This document shows positions 61,094-64,000 of a DNA stretch of 64,000 nt, piece after piece. Positions within the stretch are counted from its first letter, which is position 1. Every line of letters starts with the position of its first letter. Source of the DNA: Firmicutes bacterium UBA3576 (GTDB lineage Bacteria; Bacillota; Sulfobacillia; UBA3569); assembly GCA_002375895.1 (NCBI GenBank), contig DFND01000053.1:1373-65372 (forward strand). The letters run 5' to 3'. The translations under genes and the position numbers were made by a program. Below the pieces are notes generated by a model. That model was not told the DNA's origin, ran no database searches, and saw nothing but the letters and a program-made list of their open reading frames with translations.

Positions 61094-62014
61094 GTGGAGC
61101 CCTTTGGATACCTTTCCCTGGTTACAGTCGCAGAGCTGTTTCCTCCCCGGTGGCTCCCCGGCGGGCTGTGGGATCTGTTGAGGAAACGGCTAAACCTCTG
61201 TCGGCACGAGGTCCGCGAGGTTCGCCTTGAGGGCGAGGCTCAAGGAGTGTTCCTCTTCCTCTTGCTATCCTATCAGGAGTTCGCCCGTTGCCCGAACCAG
61301 GCCTCCCGCATCCTGGCGACCTACCGACGGGCTAGTCGGCTTGGGTGCCGGGTTATTGGTATTTCCTCCGAACTTCTGGCGGCATGGCCGGAGGTGAGAA
61401 AGTCCCTTCCCGAGCTGGTCGACGGAGAGTATCTGCGGGCCCTATCCGTAGTTGAAGGGTGTTGTGTGGCAGCGCGGTCTTTGGGAGTGGACCCCGCTAG
61501 GGCGACCGCGGCCCTCATCGGTTTCGGCCCGGGAGGGTACATCTACGCCGAGTTGCTGGCCCAGCGGGTGAGGAGTATAGTCATCTCTGGTCGGGATCCG
61601 ACCGTTGGCCGTGCACGACGCTTGCTGTATGAGAAGTTTGGCGTGGCAATCACCACACTGTCGCCGACGGAGGCCGTGCAAGCCGCGGAAATGGTCATCC
61701 TTCTCGACGGACAGCTGCCTCCTCTTACTGGTAGTATCGTCGTTGCGGATCCGGGGCAACGTCTTAGGGGAAGCGATGTCGGGGACGCCTTGGTGTTCGA
61801 AGAGGGGTTCTTCGACGGTCGGCCGCTGGGGTGGCCTGGCGCGACCGTGGAGCCGTCGTTGCTGGAGACCATCCTCAGAGCCGTGAAGAAAGAAGCCTCT
61901 GCGGAGAGCCTTATCAGCGCCGCCCAATCGCACGGTTTCAGCGTCGCCTGCTTAAAGAGGGAGGGGCGGGAGATATCGCTGGGCGGCTGGAACGTAGTTG
62001 ACAGGGGGATGTGA
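61094..62014 (+). CDS. hypothetical Rossmann-like protein, architecture reminiscent of COG5322 (predicted amino-acid dehydrogenase / acyl-ACP-reductase-like)
   Basis: By eye, collinear with my recollection of cyanobacterial AAR: FGYLSLVT.., RLGCRVIGISSE, ARATAALIGFGPGGYIYAELL. The usual G-x-G-x-x-G dinucleotide loop is degenerate. GTG 61094 lies 6 nt after GGCGGAGGG. Confidence 0.4.
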   Translation: MEPFGYLSLVTVAELFPPRWLPGGLWDLLRKRLNLCRHEVREVRLEGEAQGVFLFLLLSYQEFARCPNQASRILATYRRASRLGCRVIGISSELLAAWPEVRKSLPELVDGEYLRALSVVEGCCVAARSLGVDPARATAALIGFGPGGYIYAELLAQRVRSIVISGRDPTVGRARRLLYEKFGVAITTLSPTEAVQAAEMVILLDGQLPPLTGSIVVADPGQRLRGSDVGDALVFEEGFFDGRPLGWPGATVEPSLLETILRAVKKEASAESLISAAQSHGFSVACLKREGREISLGGWNVVDRGM

Positions 62015-62027
62015 GGCCATCTATAAT
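61998..62027 (+). promoter_or_regulatory. consensus sigma-A promoter for greA-lysS (-35 TTGACA, 18 nt, -10 TATAAT)
   Basis: TTGACA 61998-62003 lies inside the last codons of the upstream ORF. TATAAT is at 62022-62027. This leaves a leader of about 150 nt before the greA ATG at 62188. Confidence 0.6.
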
Positions 62028-62187
62028 GATAAGGGCAAGATTAGCTGCACTGGCGGAGGCGGTCCGTCAGTGTTAATTTATTCCCGCCAGCACGTGCTCG
62101 GGCCTTGAATAAAGGCCTTTATCTGGACGTATATTGGTCAGAGGAATTTCGGGAATTAAAAGTTGGCAGGGGGGCAAGGGAACCAGG

Positions 62188-62682
62188 ATGAAGGAAGACG
62201 AGATTGTCTTATCACCAGAAGGCCTGAAGCGCCTTGAAAAAGAGCTCGAACACTTGAAGTCGGTCAAGCGGAAGGAGATCGCGGCGCGCATCAGGGAAGC
62301 TCGTGAGTTCGGGGACATTAGTGAAAATGCCGAATACGAGAACGCGAAGAATGAGCAGGCTTTTCTTGAGGGGCGCATTCTAAAACTGGAAAACCTCCTC
62401 AGGAACGCCAGGCTGATGGACGAACTCGACGTTAGCACAGAACACATCGGCATAGGCACGACGGTTAAGCTGCGGGACCTCGATGAAGACGAAGTCGTTG
62501 AGTACACTATCGTGAGCTCAGCCGAATCTGACCCGTCAGCCCATAAGATCTCCCACCTTTCGCCAGTGGGGAAAGCTTTGATGGGCAAGAAGGTGGGGGA
62601 CGTGCTCCAGATCAAGGTTCCAGCTGGCACTCTGAGATATGAGGTCCTGGAGCTCAGCGGCGTCTCGTCTGGCAACGACTAG
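62188..62682 (+). CDS. greA: transcription elongation factor GreA
   Basis: [50 protein letters not shown] is a canonical GreA coiled coil with the acidic tip. ATG 62188. Confidence 0.9.
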   Translation: MKEDEIVLSPEGLKRLEKELEHLKSVKRKEIAARIREAREFGDISENAEYENAKNEQAFLEGRILKLENLLRNARLMDELDVSTEHIGIGTTVKLRDLDEDEVVEYTIVSSAESDPSAHKISHLSPVGKALMGKKVGDVLQIKVPAGTLRYEVLELSGVSSGND

Positions 62683-62696
62683 AAGGGGGAGAGGAT

Positions 62697-64000
62697 GTGG
62701 AAGGCTCTGAGCTACTGGAGGTCCGCAAGCAGAAAAGGGACAGGCTTATCGAGCTTGGGATAGACCCCTACGGGGAGAAATACGTCACAGACGTACATGC
62801 GCAGGAGATCAAGGACGAGTTTGAATCCCTTGACGGGAAGCGGGTATCTGTGGCCGGAAGGATAATGGCCATCAGGGGTCACGGTAAGGTGGCCTTTATG
62901 GATCTGCAGGACCAGACGGGCCGCGTGCAGATCTATGTGAGGGAAGACGAGGTCGGGGAACAGGCCTATGCCGTCTTTAAGCTCCTGGACATAGGGGACA
63001 TCATCGGCGTCAAGGGGCAGGTGTTCAAGACTCGACGCGGCGAGGTAAGCGTGAACGCTGAGGACATCAAGGTTCTCACCAAGGCCCTCAGGCCCCTGCC
63101 CGAGAAATGGCACGGCCTCAAGGACGTTGACCTGCGTTACAGGCGCCGCTATGTGGACCTGATAGTTAACGAGCGCGTCCGGGAGACCTTCATCCTACGG
63201 AGCAAGATGGTAAGTTCCATGCGGCGGTTCTTGGACGAGAGGGGCTTTTTGGAGGTGGAGACCCCGATCCTAGGCCCCATCGCCGGCGGGGCGACGGCCC
63301 GTCCCTTCCGGACCCATCATAACGCCCTGGACATGGACCTGTACCTGAGGATTGCCACTGAGCTTCATCTGAAGCGGTGCATAGTCGGCGGCCTGGAGAA
63401 GGTGTATGAGATAGGGAAGAATTTCCGCAATGAGGGCATTTCCACCAAGCATAATCCCGAATTCACCTCGGTGGAGATATATGAGGCCTATGCGGACTAC
63501 GAAGATATGATGAAGCTAACGGAGGACATGCTGTCCACCATCGCCGAGGAGGTCCTGGGCACCACGACCATCACCTATCAGGGCCGTGAGATCAACCTGC
63601 GTCCGCCCTGGGAGAGGGTGAGGCTGACTGATGCTATCAAGAAGTATGCGGGAATAGACATCGAGGCCCTGGAAACCGACGAGGATGCGGCACGGGTGGC
63701 AGATGAGCTGGGCTTGAAGATGGACAAAAAGCCCACGGTGGGCAGCGTAATAGATGAGCTGCTCGGGGAGAAGGTCGAGCCCAACCTGGTGCAACCTATT
63801 TTCCTATTCGACTATCCGGTGGTTATCTCCCCCTTGGCGAAAAAGATCAAGGAGCGGCCGAAGTTTACATACAGGTTTGAGGCCTTCATAAACGGCATGG
63901 AGATAGCTAACGCCTTCAGCGAGCTCAACGATCCCTATGATCAGCGGGAACGTTTTGAGGCACAGGTGAAGAATAGGGAAAAGGGCGACGAGGAAGCGCA
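62697..64000 (+). CDS. lysS: lysine--tRNA ligase (class II), 3'-truncated by the window edge
   Basis: The frame is open from GTG 62697 (RBS GAAGGGGGAGAGG) to the window end, so it is absent from the track. OB-fold N-domain, motif 2 FRNEGIS.KHNPEFT, and [13 protein letters not shown]. Confidence 0.95.
   Translation, partial: MEGSELLEVRKQKRDRLIELGIDPYGEKYVTDVHAQEIKDEFESLDGKRVSVAGRIMAIRGHGKVAFMDLQDQTGRVQIYVREDEVGEQAYAVFKLLDIGDIIGVKGQVFKTRRGEVSVNAEDIKVLTKALRPLPEKWHGLKDVDLRYRRRYVDLIVNERVRETFILRSKMVSSMRRFLDERGFLEVETPILGPIAGGATARPFRTHHNALDMDLYLRIATELHLKRCIVGGLEKVYEIGKNFRNEGISTKHNPEFTSVEIYEAYADYEDMMKLTEDMLSTIAEEVLGTTTITYQGREINLRPPWERVRLTDAIKKYAGIDIEALETDEDAARVADELGLKMDKKPTVGSVIDELLGEKVEPNLVQPIFLFDYPVVISPLAKKIKERPKFTYRFEAFINGMEIANAFSELNDPYDQRERFEAQVKNREKGDEEA

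Noticed and set aside
1-64000. Search for CRISPR arrays, transposases/integrases, phage genes, toxin-antitoxin pairs, restriction-modification or other defence islands
   Set aside because: I noticed no regularly spaced direct repeats, no IS-type terminal inverted repeats flanking ORFs, and no ORF with a recombinase, nuclease-helicase or methylase-endonuclease signature. Mfd, BFN and TatD are all in housekeeping contexts. The window appears to be core chromosome.

Overview
This is a GC-rich chromosomal segment from an endospore-forming Firmicute; its protein signatures look Clostridia-like. From nt 1 to about 35.4 kb, and again at the dusB...lysS end, the gene order matches the origin-proximal tmk-to-lysS region of Bacillus subtilis: tmk, darA/yaaQ, holB, yaaT, rsmI, abrB, tatD, ksgA, veg, ispE, purR, spoVG, glmU, prs, ctc, pth, mfd, spoVT, yabM-like flippase, yabN/mazG, yabO, yabP, yabQ, divIC, yabR, tRNAs, spoIIE, tilS, ftsH ... 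dusB, lysS. Extra sporulation and nucleoid genes (hup, spoIID, pdaA) are interleaved, and several B. subtilis genes are absent (yabA, metS, rnmV, yabG, sspF, yabJ, hprT). Between ftsH and dusB lies a less conserved block. It holds a methyltransferase, an M24 peptidase, an orphan hutH, a membrane-anchored hypothetical, fhs, a cupin-type PGI candidate, birA, coaBC, a TIGR00725/SLOG protein and a CapA-family protein. It also holds an OmpR/HK two-component pair, a lipoprotein-adaptor/RND/TetR efflux operon, tdh, a bifunctional nuclease, an MBL-fold hydrolase and dusB. I call about 63 CDS (two cut by the window edges), 3 tRNAs (Leu-TAA, Met-CAT, Lys-CTT), several sigma-A-like promoters and several clear intrinsic terminators. 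I saw no rRNA, CRISPR array, transposase, integrase or phage genes. Most of the long minus-strand ORFs in the track are antisense artefacts of the high GC content. I found no convincing new defence-type or mobile system; this is largely a core housekeeping and sporulation region. The best candidates for undescribed biology are: (i) a four-gene uncharacterised module between dusB and greA-lysS (58.6-62.0 kb); (ii) a stand-alone sigma-region-4-like HTH gene, translationally coupled to divIC and preceded by three helically phased 11-bp repeats; (iii) a divergent MurE-like ligase outside any cell-wall cluster; (iv) a signal-peptide-less chymotrypsin-fold protease at the yabG/sspF position; (v) regulatory geometry at abrB, spoVG and spoIIE (Spo0A-box-like motifs and a possible leaderless spoIIE mRNA). 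All start codons are inferred from RBS spacing and N-terminal conservation, and are less certain than the stop codons.
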